A stretch of 63,584 nucleotides of DNA, filler included, from Chiloscyllium plagiosum (GCF_004010195.1; 5 parts of one record of this genome joined end to end with filler, not necessarily neighbours in it), one strand, 5' to 3'. Positions 24,136-37,649 are shown, counted from the first letter of the whole stretch. A program made the numbers and translations. The notes: generated by a model not told the origin, from the sequence alone.

Positions 24136-25029
24136 CTATTGTTACTCCAACATGGAACACAGCAACTGAATCCTCTCCCTCCCACTCCAATATCCTTTCA
24201 AAGTGGTTGGAGATGTAATTTTAGTTTAATCTGCCAGCCCTGAGCTTCGGCCTTGAATTGTATTTCCTGTTTGGTTTCAGCCTCCTTCCCTGCTGGTTCC
24301 TCTCACTCTGCTCTCCCAGCTAGGTGTCCCAGCTTAAGGATAAATACACATTACTCTCTTAATGACATGCTGCAAACACAAAGAACAAGTACTCAAACAC
24401 TGTGGAAATTCTCTGCAATTCTCGGAGAATTGCTATAGAACTGATTAGCTCTCTCCATGAACAGCACCTTCACACCCAAATAGCTTGATTGTAAGCCTTT
24501 CTGGAAATAGCTGCCTTACACAACAGGAGTCACTAGCAAATGCAATCAGAAATTTAGGAGAAACTGCTACGCACAGTGAAGAGATGGTGGCATTCTCTGT
24601 GTTGGTTGACGTGAATCACACAGATGCTCTGAAGGAGAAGCTGAGTAACCACCTGAGGGAGAAAGGAATGTGTTGATGTGTTGAGATGGAATGAAATAGC
24701 AGCAGCAAGTTCTACATTCTACAACCACAAGCATCTGATTGAAAGGGATTGAAACAGGCATGATCCTGACTGAGAAGGCATGGTGTCTACCTTGGGAAAA
24801 CATCCATAGAATCAAAGATTTCTGCTCTTAGGCATTCAGACAACCATATGTGCTTTTCTTCAGATTATTACCGCACATTGTGTTGATAGAATTTGGAGAT
24901 TGTTGCGAAAGAACTTTGTTTAATTGTTCTTCAAAGTGAATGATTACCTTGAATGACGTTCATGAAAAGACCCGATAAGTTCCAAGAAACTGGGATGGTG
25001 CTTAATACGTTAATAATTAGAATGCATGT

Positions 25030-25910
25030 GAATCTGATTGGATTCACATAACCTGGATATTGAGCACAGATATCACAGACCATTAATATCTCACACCTGT
25101 ACAAACAATTTATAAAAATTTCTTAAGCGGACTTTATACTCAGAAATGGAATTATATTAATATTTGTCTTTCCCCAAAAAGGTATAAAAAGACTCTGCTC
25201 TGTAGTAAGTGCCATTGATAGAAGAGCCGACTTGGACAGAAGTCGACTTGAATAGAAGCTACGCAGAACTGATCATCTACTTCCTCAGGAACTCTAAAAG
25301 GAACAGGTAGTATGTTTAATTCAGTTTATCAATGTTTTAAATTATGTGGCTCCCTCTCATTTGGGTCCATATCTCCTCCTGAAACAGAACATTTACATGA
25401 TCAACCTCAGTGAGTATTTTGCTGATATGGCAAATGTGGTAGACTGGATGGTCAATGGTAAACCCCAGGATGTTGATAGTGGGGGATGTAGTGTTGGTAA
25501 CACCATTGAATATCAAGGGGTGATGGTTAGATTCCCTCTTGTTGAAGATACTCATTACCTTGAAGCTGTATGGCGTGAATATAACTTGCCACTTTTTAGC
25601 CCATGCCTGGCTATGGCCGGGTCTTGCTGCATTTGAAGATGAACCGCTTCAGTATGTGAGGAGTTGCAAATTATGCTGAACATTGTGTAATCATCAGCTA
25701 AAATCCCTACTTCTGCACCTGATGATGGAAGGAAAGTTGCTGATGAAGCAGCTGAAGATGGTTGGATCGAGATCACTGCCCTGGTTAAAATATAAGACCA
25801 TTTTGAAGTACACATTGAGGACAAACAGAAACTGAAGTGACTTTATGGATTAGTGACCTCACAGCAAAGGGAGCTTCATTGCAACAAAATTGTCTGTTGT
25901 AATGAGAAAT
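25030..25910 (+). repeat. Copy 2 of the triplicated segment (ends at a gap)
   Basis: Direct similarity to 20335-21240. Confidence 0.9.
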
Positions 25911-26410
25911 NNNNNNNNNNNNNNNNNNNNNNNNNNNNNNNNNNNNNNNNNNNNNNNNNNNNNNNNNNNNNNNNNNNNNNNNNNNNNNNNNNNNNNNNNN
26001 NNNNNNNNNNNNNNNNNNNNNNNNNNNNNNNNNNNNNNNNNNNNNNNNNNNNNNNNNNNNNNNNNNNNNNNNNNNNNNNNNNNNNNNNNNNNNNNNNNNN
26101 NNNNNNNNNNNNNNNNNNNNNNNNNNNNNNNNNNNNNNNNNNNNNNNNNNNNNNNNNNNNNNNNNNNNNNNNNNNNNNNNNNNNNNNNNNNNNNNNNNNN
26201 NNNNNNNNNNNNNNNNNNNNNNNNNNNNNNNNNNNNNNNNNNNNNNNNNNNNNNNNNNNNNNNNNNNNNNNNNNNNNNNNNNNNNNNNNNNNNNNNNNNN
26301 NNNNNNNNNNNNNNNNNNNNNNNNNNNNNNNNNNNNNNNNNNNNNNNNNNNNNNNNNNNNNNNNNNNNNNNNNNNNNNNNNNNNNNNNNNNNNNNNNNNN
26401 NNNNNNNNNN

Positions 26411-27226
26411 ATACACATACCACCCTCTGTGTGAAAACGTTGCTCTTTCGGTCTCTTTTATATCTTTTCCCTCTCAACCTAAACTTATGCCCTCTCATTC
26501 TGGACTCCCACACCCCAGGGAAGAGACTTTGTCTATTTACCCTATCCATGCACCTCATGATTTTATAAACCCCTATAAGGTCACCCCTCAGCTTCCGACG
26601 CTCCAGGGAAACCAGCCCCAGCCTGTTCAACCTCTCCTTATAGTTCAACTCCTCCAACCCTTGCAACATCCTTGTAAATCTTTTCTGAACTCTTTCAAGT
26701 TTCACAACATCCTTCCTATAGGAGGGAGACTAGAATTGCATTCAACATTCCAATAGTGAACCAGGTCAGGTGTTAGATTTGGAGTTAGGTGAAGGAGCAG
26801 CGGTCCGAAAGCTAGTGCTTCCAATTCAACCTGTTGGACTATAGTCTGGTGTTGTGTGATTCCTAACTTTATACACCCCAGTCCAATACTGGCATCTCCA
26901 AATCATGCTTACCAATAAAGGAAAGCATACCAAACACCTTCTTCACTATTCTATCGACCTGCAACTCTACTTTCAAGGAGCTATGAACCTGCACTCCAAA
27001 ATCTCTTTGTTCAGCAACACTCCCTAGACGTTACCATTAAGTGTCTAAGTCCTGCTAAGATTTGCTTTCCCAAAATGCAGTACCCTACATTTATCTAAAT
27101 TAAACTCCATCTGCCACTTCTCAGCCCATTGGCCCAGCTGGTCAAGAACCCGTTGTAATCTGAGGTAACATTCTTCACTGTCTACTATACCTCCAATTTA
27201 GGTGTCATCTGCAAACTTACTAACTA
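26411..27226 (-). mobile_element. CR1 ORF2 3' fragment containing a Penelope terminal fragment (~26790-26905, +)
   Basis: KLERVQKRFTRMLQGLEELNYKERL; the insert gaaggagcagcggtccgaaagctagtgctt matches the family at 58978-59305. Confidence 0.85.
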
Positions 27227-28407
27227 CAGTCAGCGCCATATATAGAAGAGCCGACTTGGTCAGAAGCCGACTTGAATAGAAGCTACGCAGAACTGATCAT
27301 CTACTTCCACTAGAACGCCAAAAGGAACAGGTAGTATGTTTAATTCAGTTTATCAATGTTTTAAATTATGAGGCTCCCTCTCATTTGGGTCCATATATCC
27401 TCCTGAAACAGAACATTTACATGATCAACCTCAGTGAGTATTTTGTTGATATGGCAAATGTGGTAGACTTGGTGGTCAATGGTAAACTCCAGGATGTTGA
27501 TAGTGGGAGATGCAGTGTTGGTAACACCATTGAATATCAAGGGATGATGGCTAGATTCCCTCTTGTTGAAGGTACTCATTACCTTGAAGCTGTATGGCGT
27601 GAATATTACTTGCCACTTTTTAGCCCATGCCTGGCTATGGCCGGGTCTTGCTGCATTTGAAGATGAACCGCTTCAGTATGTGAGGAGTTGCAAATTATGC
27701 TGAACATTGTGTAATCATCAGCTAAAATCCCTACTTCTGCACCTGATGATGGAAGGAAAGTTGCTGATGAAGCAGCTGAAGATGGTTGGATCTAGGTCAC
27801 TGCCCTGGTTAAAATATAAGACCATTTTGAAGTACACATTGAGGACCAACAGAAACTGAAGTGACTTTATGGATTAGTGACCTCACAGCAAAGGGAGCTT
27901 CATTCATGACTGTTAGATACAATTAGAGGTGAGACAACTGAAGGACTTTGTAATGGCTGAAGGAATCCTGCAACAAAATTGTCTGTTGTAATGAGAAATA
28001 AAAGCTTTGTGTTTGAAAACAAAAAGTCCTTGAAAATGCTGCTGGTTAACAGTGACCACAACCTGATTGAGGTTAACACACAGTTTCAGGTTGATAGGCA
28101 TGGTCCAAGACTAGTATTTTAAGTTGAAACAAAGGCAATTATGAGGGTATGAAAGCTGAGCGAGCAAGGTCAGGTTAAGGATTAGGTCAATAGAGATGCA
28201 GGAGCAAACAGTTTAGTGCATATTCCAGATAGTGCAGAATGGATACAGGGTTTGGACGGGGAGCAATTTGTTAGTGTTTCAAAAAACCCACTTGGATATA
28301 CCTATGTGGGTAGTCCAATGACGGAGGGGCTGTACTTTCATCGGGAAATGAGCACGGCCATAATCAAAGTTTCAGTAAGGTGCATTTTGGGAATAGCGAC
28401 CATAATT
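27227..28407 (+). repeat. Copy 3 of the triplicated segment (5' part cut by CR1, internal deletion relative to copy 1)
   Basis: Matches ~20510-21485 and then ~22000-22160. Confidence 0.88.
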
Positions 28408-29376
28408 AGAGTCATAGAGTCATCGAGATGTACAGTACGGAAACAGAACCTTTGGTCAAACTTGTCCATACTGACCAGATATCCTCACCCAATCTAGTCC
28501 CACTTGCCAGCACCCGGCCCATATCCCTCCAACCCCTTCCTATTCATATACCCACCCAGATGCCTTTTAAATGTTGTAATTGTACCAGCCTCTACCACTT
28601 CCTCTGGCAGCTCATTCCATACACGTACCACTCTCTGTGTGAAAAAGTTGCACCTTAGGTCTCTTCTTATATCTTTCCCATCACACCTAAACCTATGCCC
28701 TCTAGTTCTGTACTCGCCCACACAGGGAAGAGACAAGTCTGTTCCCTGTGGTGTTCCCTGTGGTGAGCGAGTAGAGATCCTATCCATGCCCCTCATGATT
28801 TTATAAACCTCTATAAGGTCACCCCTCAGCCTCCAACATTCCACGGAAGACAGCTTATTCAACCTCTCCCCATATCTCAAATCCTCCAACCCTGGCAACA
28901 TCTTTGTAAATCTATTCTGAACCCTTTAAAGTTTTATAACATCCTCCGATAGGAAGGAGACAAGATTTGCACACAATATTCCAAAAGTGGCCTAACCAAT
29001 GTCCAATACAGCCGCAACATGACCTCCCAACTCTTGGACTCAATACTCTGACCAATAAATGAAAGCATACCAAATGCTTTCTTCACTATCTTATCTACCT
29101 GCGACTCCACTTTCAAGGAGCTATGAACCTGCACTCCAAGGTCTCTTTGTTCAGCAACACTCCCTAGGACCTTACCATTAAGTGTATAAGTCCTGCTAAG
29201 ATTTGCTTTCCCAAAATGCAGCACCTCGCATTTATCTAAATTAAACTCCATCTGCCACTTTTCAGCCCATTGGCCCATCTGGTCAAGATGCCGTTGTAAT
29301 GTGAGGTGACCTTCTTCACTGTCCACTACACCTCCAATTTTGTTGTCATCTGCAAACTTACTAACTATACCTCTTA
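28408..29376 (-). mobile_element. CR1 3' fragment
   Basis: SKFADDNKIGG..WQMEFNLDKC..FFTQRVVRVWNELPEEVV; tail agagtcatagagtcat. Confidence 0.92.
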
Positions 29377-29579
29377 GCTGAAAATGTGTTGCTGGAAAAG
29401 CGCAGCATGTCAGGCAGCATCCAAGGAACAGAAGAATAGACGTTTCGGGCATAAGCCCTTCTTTAGGAATGAGGAAAGTGTGTCCAGCAGGCTAAGATAA
29501 AAGGTAGGGAGGAGGGACTTGGGGGAGGGGCTTTGGAAATGCAATAGGTGGAAGGAGGTCAAGGTGAGGGTGATAGGCC
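29377..29579 (-). mobile_element. Penelope-like terminal repeat fragment with a degenerate hammerhead motif
   Basis: Reverse: cctaaagaagggcttatgcccgaaacgtc...gctgcctgac...ccagcaacacattttcag. Confidence 0.75.
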
Positions 29580-29679
29580 NNNNNNNNNNNNNNNNNNNNN
29601 NNNNNNNNNNNNNNNNNNNNNNNTTAATTAATTAANNNNNNNNNNNNNNNNNNNNNNNNNNNNNNNNNNNNNNNNNNNN

Positions 29680-29885
29680 CTGCGTGGGTTTCCTCCGGGT
29701 GCTCCGGTTTCCTCCCACAGTCCAAAAGATGTGCAGGTTAGGTGAATTGGCCATACTAAATTGCCCGTAGTGTTAGGTAAGGGGTAAATGTAGGGGTATG
29801 GGTGGGTTACGCTTCGGCGGGTCGGTGTGGACTTGTTGGGCCGAAGGGCCTGTTTCTACACTGTAATGTAATCTAATCTAATCTA
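29680..29885 (+). mobile_element. HE1-like V-SINE, 3' part
   Basis: gtgggtttcctccgggtgctccggtttcctcccacagtcc; tail taatctaatctaatct. Confidence 0.88.
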
Positions 29886-30009
29886 AAAATCTTTCTCTTA
29901 AATTACACTTGTTCTTGAGGATAGATGAGAGAAATCCTATTCCTGTTTTTGCCCCAGTCCCACTCAGGTCTGCATTCAGTCTCTCTGCTCATCTACTAGG
30001 CTTCTCAAC

Positions 30010-30235
30010 CCCTCCTCTCAGTCACACTGTCACAGGGTCCCCACCCCCTCCCCTCGGTGACACTGTCACAGGGTCCCCACCCCTCCTCTCGGTGACACTG
30101 TCACAGGGTCCCCACTCCCTCCTCTCGGTGACACTGTCACAGGGTCCCCACCTCCTCCTCTCGGTGACAGTGTCACAGGGTCCCCACCTCCTCCTCTCGG
30201 TGACACTGTGACAGGACCCCACCCCCTCTTCTCCG
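30010..30235. repeat. Minisatellite, ~35-36-bp unit (gtgacactgtcacagggtccccacccctcctctcg), about 6 copies
   Basis: Visible tandem units, each with the palindrome gtgac-act-gtcac. Confidence 0.92.
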
Positions 30236-30269
30236 TGATGCTAGCTGCTCCTCCTGGGGTTTCTGATTC

Positions 30270-31197
30270 CTGTGATGGCAGGACTGATATCTGAAGAGAG
30301 ACTGGACCGGTTCGGCCTACATTCTTTCCCGGGTTTGCTGCAGTGTTCCAGTGAGGTTCAGTACAGGCTGGAACAACAGCATCTCATTTTCCACTTGGGC
30401 AGCCTGCAGGACTCAATATTGAGTTCAATAATTCTACAGCCTGAACATCATCTTCCCTGTCTTTTACTCATCCCCCACATTCGTTTTCACCCACTTATGG
30501 TCCCCATTATCAATTTTTCTTCTTTCTTGGCTTCCAATTTTTTCCTTGTGCTTGCCTGTTTTTCTCTCCCTCTGTGCTCTGTCTGCACCTATCCTCTCAC
30601 ACCTTTCCTCCACCCCCTGTCTTCAGCATATGTACCACCTTTTTTTAAGATACTGTCAGTCCTGAAGCAAGGTCACTGAACCTAAAATGTTAACTTTGTT
30701 TCTCTCCTCAGATGCTATCACACCTGCTGGGTTTTTCTAGAAATTTGTTTCCATTTCTGACGTCCAACCCCTACAAGTTCTTTGGTTTATTTTTCTGTAT
30801 TCACGGGTATTTTGAAGAATGAGGGGAATCCCATTGAAAACTACAAGATTCTAACAGGACTGGACAGAATAAGCACAGGAAGGATGGGCCTGATGACCAG
30901 GGAATCACGGAGCAGGGGGTCACAGATTTAGGTCACTGGGGGCACCATTTAGGATGCGATGGTGTGAAAAGTGGGGAGCCTGAGGAATTCTCTAACACAG
31001 AAAGCATTTGAGCTAAAACATTGAATGTTTCAAAAAGGAGTTAGATATAGTTGTTAGGGCTAAAGGGATCTAAGGGTATGAGAAGAAATTGGGAACAGGG
31101 GACTGAGTCGGATGATCAGCCGTGACAATACTCAATAGTGAAGCAGGCTTGAAGGGCTGAATGGCCTTGTCCTTTTCTTATTTACTCTGTTTCTATG
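30270..31197 (+). mobile_element. Ancient CR1 3' end interrupted by an ancient Penelope 3' fragment (~30340-30795)
   Basis: LLQCSSEVQYRLEQQHLIFHLGSLQ (GIY-YIG end), degenerate ctgaagcaaggtcactgaacctaaaatgttaac; CR1 3'UTR gaagggctgaatggcct. Confidence 0.65.
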
Positions 31198-32053
31198 ATT
31201 GCAATAACTAATTTAGACAATGATGATGCTTTCATTTATGATTAATGGATCTGCAATAATCTGATATCTATTAATTAGTCTGCAATGTTAAAGTTCCCTC
31301 TATGACAGGGACACTCAGTGGATTAAACTATGATCTCTTGTACTCTTTCAAATGAAATAATATCATCCAAACTTCAGAAACGTGCTTGGAACTGTTGAAA
31401 TAAAGTTAGTTGTGATTGTTCACTGTGATGTGCTGAATAAACTCATTCGGATAAAGGCTTTGCAATGATTACTAATCCCCATTGTGTACACTACATCTTC
31501 AATCACTTTCTTTTGCTCTATCATGGGATATGGGTGTCACTGACAAGGTCTATATTTGTTGTCCCTCCTTAATTGCTGAGGGGTTCTCTGTGCCACCTCA
31601 GAGGGCAGTTCAGATTTAGTCAAATTGTTCTGGGAAATATTTCTCCATCCATAGAAACATACAGTTTGGAAGGGGAGAAAGTGAGGTCTGCAGATGCTGG
31701 AGATCAGAGTGGATGCTGCCTGACCTGCTGCGCTTTTCCAGCAACACATTTTCAGTTTGGAAGAGGCCATCAGGTTTGTACACCTCTAACAGGTCCCCCA
31801 CAGCCTCTACACTCCAAAGAAAATAACCTGAGTTTATCCAGCATCTCTTCATCTCTGAAATGCCCCATCCCAGGCAACATCCTGGTGAACCTCCTCTGCA
31901 ATCCCTCCAGTGCAATCAGATCCCTCCTATAATGTGGTGACCAGAACTGCACATAGTACTCTAGCTGTGATCTAACCAAAGTTCTGTACAGCTCCAAATA
32001 ACCCTCCCTGTTCTTATAATCTATGCTTGGACTGATAAAGGTAAGGCATAAGC

Positions 32054-32085
32054 CTGAAGAAGGGCTTATGCCCGAAACGTCGATT
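32054..32085 (+). ncRNA. Minimal hammerhead ribozyme motif in a Penelope terminal repeat (best-preserved core)
   Basis: CUGAAGA-A-GGGC-UUAU-GCCC-GAA-ACGU-C: core boxes, 4-bp helix II, palindromic ACGU helix III, GUC cleavage triplet; 5' helix I arm truncated in this copy. Confidence 0.7.
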
Positions 32086-32611
32086 CTCCTGTTCCCTGGA
32101 TGCTGCCTGACCTGCTGCGCTTTTCCAGCAACACATTTTCAGCTCTGATCTCCAGCATCTGCAGACCTCACTTTCTCCTGATAAAGGTAAGTGTCCTGTA
32201 TTCCTTCCAAACTGCCCTATGAACCTGTCCTGCTGCCTTCATTGGTCTGTGCACAAACACCCCAAGATCTCTTCGTTCCTCCTCTTGTCCTGCCATTCAT
32301 TGAGTACTCTCTTGTCTTGTTCCCTCTTCTAAGTTATCAGTGTTAAATTAGTTTGAAGGTAATCTGCTCATCATAGAGTCATAGAGATGTACAGCACAGA
32401 AACAGACCCTTCGGTCCAACCTGTCCATGCCGACCAGATATCCCAACCCAATCTAGTCCCACCTTCCAGCACCCGGCCCATATCCCTCCAAACCCTTCCT
32501 ATTCATGTACCCATCCAGATGCCTCTTAAATGTTGCAATTGTACCAGCCGCCACCACATCTTCTGGCAGCTCATTCCATACATGTACCACCCTCTTTTCT
32601 ATCCTCCTCTT

Positions 32612-32945
32612 AGGGTGGAACGGCAGGTCATTGGTTAGCACTGCTGCCTCAGCGCCAGGGAGTTGGGATTGATTCTGGCATCGGGTGACTGTCTGTGTGA
32701 AGTTTTCACATTCTCCCAGTGTCTGCGTGGGCTTCCTCTGGGTGCTCCGGTTTCCTCCCACAAACCAGAGATGTGCAGGTCAGGTGAATTGGCTAAGCTA
32801 ATTGTCCATGGCGTTAGGTGCATTAGTCAGGGGTAAATGTATAGAGGTGAATCTAGGTGGATTGCTCTTTGGAGGGTTGGTGTGGACTTGTTGGGCCGAA
32901 GGGCCTGTTTCCACGCTGTAAGGAATATAATCTAATCTGTAATCT
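32612..32945 (+). mobile_element. HE1-like V-SINE
   Basis: ggttagcactgctgcctcagcgccaggg...gggtgctccggtttcctcccaca...taatctaatct. Confidence 0.85.
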
Positions 32946-33519
32946 AACACCTTCCTCCTCACTGTCAACCACCCCGCCAATCTTTGCGTCATCCACAAAC
33001 TTATCATTCCCTCCAAATCCTCACTAACATCATTTATGATTTTCACAAACAATAAGGGACCCAGCACTGATCCCTGTGGTATACCTGTGCACACTGGGCT
33101 GCAGTCCTATAATCGCCTTCTCCTGTTACTAGGTAGACAGGCAAGAGGCCAGAAAAACATGGCAAACCAGGCAGCATCAGAGCTGAAGAGAGGTTACACC
33201 TGAAATGTCGACTTCTCCACCTCCTGATGCTGCCTGGCTTGCTTTGTTCTTCCAGCCTCCTGCCTGGCTACTTCGTATTCCAGCATCTGCAGTTTATTTT
33301 GACTGTTCTCTTGTCACTAAGCCAATTTTGGATCCACCTTGCTAAGTTGCTTTGGATCCCATGTGCAGGAGGGAGGGCCTTAGAGTGGACAGGTTACATC
33401 TGAAAAGAATGGGGAGCAACTTCCTCGTGGAGACATTTGTTAATGTTGTTGCTGTTGGTTTAAATTTCTTCTAAGCCCAAAACTAATTCCAGCATTTTCT
33501 GTCAGACACTGCCTCATCA

Positions 33520-34460
33520 TATTAGACCATAAGACCACAAGACATAGGAACAGAAATTAAGTCATTCAGCCCATCGAGTCTGCTCCACCATTCAATCATG
33601 GCTGATATGTTTCTCAACTTCATTCTCCCACTTTATCCCCGTAACCCTTGATTCCCTTGACAATCAAGAACCTATCTATCTTCGTCTTAAATATACTCAA
33701 AAAACTGGCCTCCGGAGCCTTCTGTGGCAATGAATTCCATAGACTCCCCACTCTCTGGCTGAAGACGTTTTTTCTTATCTCCGTTCGAAAAGGTCTTCCC
33801 TTTACTCTAAGGTTGTGCCTTCGGATCAGAGTCTCTCCTGGCAATGGAAACATCTTCCCAACATCTACTCTGTCCAGGCCATTCAGTATTCTGTATGTTT
33901 CAATTAGATGCCCCCTCATCCTTCTAAACACCATTGAGTATGGACACAACGTTCCTCTAATGTTAAGCTTTTCATTCTTGGGACTATTCTTGTGAATCTC
34001 CTCTGAACCCGCTCCAGGGCTAGTACATCCTTCCTGAGATGTGAGGCCCAAAACTGTGTACAATACTCCCTGCTTTTATATTCATGTCCTTTCAAAATAA
34101 ATACCAACATTGCGTTTGGCTTCCTAACTACTGATTCAACCTACAAGTTTACCTTGAGAGAATCCTGGACTAGAACTCCCAAGTCTCTTTGCACTACAGA
34201 TTTCTGAATTTTCTCCCATTTAGAAAATAGTCCATGCCTCTATTCTTCCTACCAAAGTGCATCACCTCACACTTTCCCACGTTGTACTCCATCTGCCACT
34301 TCTTTGCCCACTCTCCTGAACCGTCCAAATCCTTCTGCAGCCTCTCTGCCTCCTCAATGCTACCTGTCCCTCTACCTACCTTTGTATCATCTGCAAAATT
34401 AGCCAGAATGCCCTCAGTTCCTTCATCTGGAACATTCATGTATAACGTGCAAAATAGTTT
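33520..34460 (-). mobile_element. CR1 3' fragment
   Basis: ANFADDTKVG..WQMEYNVGKCEVMHFGRKN; FSQRVGSLWNSLPQKA; tail accataagaccacaagacatag. Confidence 0.9.
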
Positions 34461-34699
34461 TCTTAGGCTGTATTATACATTTCTAAATGTTCTGCTATTA
34501 CATCCTTTTTAACAGACTCAAACATTTTTTCAATAAAAGACACTCCGCTAACTGGCCTATAGTTACTTTTCACTGCTTCCTTTCCTTTAAAATTAACATT
34601 TTACTGTTACGCTTTGTGTAAGTATATTGAAATGGTACTTTAAGAATCTGATCGTGTGATGTAACGATGGCATTATTGACCATTTTAGGCTGACAAACA

Positions 34700-37620
34700 G
34701 TCTTTTCCGCAATGGAAAGGAGTCTCTGGCTATCCAATCTATCTATGCCCTTCATCATCTTGTACACCTCGATCAAGTCTCCTCTCATCCTTCTTCGCTC
34801 CAATGAGAAAAGCCCTAGCTCCTCAACCTTTCTTCATAACACATGCCCTCCAGTCCAGGTAGCATCCTGGCTAATCTCCTCTGCATCCTGTCTAAAGCTT
34901 TCACATCTTTCCTATAATGAGTTGACCAGAACTGAACACAACATAGAACATTACAATGCAGTGCAGGCCCTTCGGCCCTTGTTGTTGTGCCAACCCATGG
35001 AACCAATCTGAAATCAAGACTATCCTACACTATTCCATTTTCATCCATACGTTTATCCAATGACAATGTAAATGCCCTTAAAGTTGGCGAGTCTAATACT
35101 GTTGCAAACAGTGCATTCCATGCCCCTACTACTCACTGAGTAAAGAAACTACATCTGTCCTTATACTATCACCCCTCAATTTATACCTGTGTCCCCTCAT
35201 GCTAGCCATCACCATCTGAGGAAAAAGACTTACACTGTCCACCCTACCTAACCCTCTATGTGTCTCAATTAAGTTAACTCTTGACTTTCTCTCTTACAAA
35301 AACAGCCTCAAGTCACTCAACCTTTTCTCATAACACCTTTCCTCCATACCTCTGAACCCTTTCCAAAGCTTTCACATCCTTCCTATAATGCAGAGACCTG
35401 AACTATACACAATACTCCAAGTGTGGCCACACCAGAGTTCTTTCCAGCTGCAGCATGACCCCATGGTTCCAAAACTCAATCCCTCTACCAACAAAAGCTA
35501 ACACATCGTATACCTTCTTAACAACCCTATCAAGCAGGGTGGCAACTGTCAGGGATCTATGCACATGGACATTGAGATCTCTCTGCTCTTCTGCACTATC
35601 AGGAATCTTACCATTAGCCCAGAACTCTGCAATCCTGTTACTCCATCCAAAGTGAATCACCTCACATTTTTCCACATTCAACTCCATTTGCTACCTCTCA
35701 GCCCAGCTCTACAGCTTATCTATGTCCCTCTGTAAGCTGCAACATCCTTCAGCACTATCCATAACTTCATCAACCTTTGTGTCATCCACAAATTTACTAA
35801 CCCATCCTTCTACACCCTCATCTAGGTCATTTATGAAAATGACAAACCGCAGTGGACATAAAACAGATCCTTGTGGTGCACCATTAGCAACTGAACTTAA
35901 GGATGAACAGTTCCCATCAACAACTAACCTCTGTCTTTTTTCAGCAAGCCAATTTCTAATCGAAACCGCTAAATCACCCTCAATCCCATGACTCTGTATT
36001 TTGTGCAATAGCCTACCTTAGGAAACCTTATCAAACGCCTTACTGAAATCCATATCCACCACACCAACTGCTTTATCCTCATCCATGTGTTTGGTCACCT
36101 TCTCAAAGAACTCAGTAAGGTTGTGAGGCATGACACACCCTTCAGAAAACCGTGTTAACTGTCATAATCATATCACTCTCCAGATGATTATAAATCCTAT
36201 CTCTTATAACCTTTTCCAACACTTTATCCAGAACCGAGGTAAGGCTCACTGGTCTATATTTACCAGGGTCATCTGTACTCCCCTTCTTGAATAAGGGGGC
36301 AACAGTGGCTATCCTCCAGTTTTCTGGTACTATTCCTATTGACAATGACGACACAAAGATCAAAGCCAAAGGCTCGGCAATCTCCTCCCTGGCTTCCCAG
36401 AAAATCCTAGGTTAAATCCCAGCTGGCCCAGGGGACTCACCTATTTTCACACTTTCTAGTTTTGCCAACACCTCCTCCTTGTGAACCTCAATCCTGTCTA
36501 GTCTAGTAACCTGTATCTCAGTATTCTCCTCCACAACATTGTCTTTTTCCAATGTGAATGCTGACAAAAAATATTCATTTAACGCTTCCCCTATCTCCTC
36601 GGTCTCCATGCACAACTTCCCACTACTAATCTTTCTCTAGTCATTCTTTTAGTCCTGATATACTGATAGAAAGATTTAGGGTTTTAGTTGATCCTATTTG
36701 CCAACAACTTCTCATGTCCCCTCCTGGCTCTTCTTAGCTCTCTCTTTAGGTCTTTCCTGGCTAACTTGTAACTCTCAAGTGCCCTAACTGAGCCTTCACA
36801 TCTCGTATAACATATGCCTTCTTCCTCCTGACAACAGATTCAACTTCTTTAGTAAACCACAGCTCCCTCGCTCATCTACTCCCTCCCTGCCTGACAGGTA
36901 CATACTTATCAAGAACATGTGGTAGCTATTCCTTGAATAAGTTCCACATTTCAATTGTGCCCATCCCCTGCAGTTTCCTTCCCCATCCAATGCATCCTAA
37001 ATCTTGCCTTATTGCATCATAGTTGCCTTTCCCCCAGTAATAACACTTGCCCTACATTATAAATCTATCCCTTTCCATCGTTAAAGTAAACATGGCCAAA
37101 TTGTAGTCACTATCACCAAAGTGCTCACCTCCCTCCAAATCGAACACCTGGCCGGGTTCATTACCCAGTACCAAATCCAGTGCAGCCTCGCCCCTTGTTG
37201 GCCTATCTACATACCGTGTCAGGAAAACATCCTGCACACATTGGACAAAAACTGATCCATCTAAAGTGCTCGAACTATAGTATTTCCAGTCTATATTTGG
37301 AAAGTTAAAGTCCCCCATAACAACTAATCTGTTCCTCCCGTTCCCTGGACTGTCTGCCGGTTTCCTTTCTAATCCCTGACAGTAGCCCATGTGCCTCTTT
37401 CTTGTACCTGAGGTGTGACTACCTCCTCTCACTAACCCCCTCCGCCTCCCAAGTGATCCAAAGTTCATATAGCTCCAGCTCCAGTTCCCTAACGTGGTTT
37501 TCGAGAAGCTCAAGCTGGCTACATTTTCTGCAGATGCAGTCAGCAGGGACATGAGTGGTAACCTTTACCTCCCACATTCTGCAGGAGGAACATTCAACTG
37601 CCCTGACCTTCATTCCCAAT
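34700..37620 (-). mobile_element. Long CR1 (ORF1 zinc-finger start, internal deletion, ORF2 EN-RT-3'UTR) plus an adjacent CR1 fragment
   Basis: MKVRAVECSSCRMWEV..CICRKCSQLELLENHVRELE (ORF1); VVMGDFNFPNIDW; GAPQGSVLCPL; FVDDTK. Confidence 0.9.
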
Positions 37621-37649
37621 GTGTAAAATTCCCAAAAAGACTGTGGAAA

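Larger units (their letters stand above)
31670..33370. mobile_element. Minus-strand CR1 RT fragment with nested Penelope termini (~31670-31755, 32046-32177, ~33130-33305), a second CR1 3' end and a V-SINE
   Basis: [28 protein letters not shown]; 14-bp TSD ctgataaaggtaag around 32046-32177. Confidence 0.8.

Noticed and set aside
24135..25030. Unique-looking stretch with short ORFs (24253, 24485, 24567)
   Set aside because: No recognisable domain or clean exon; part resembles a decayed CR1 3' end.
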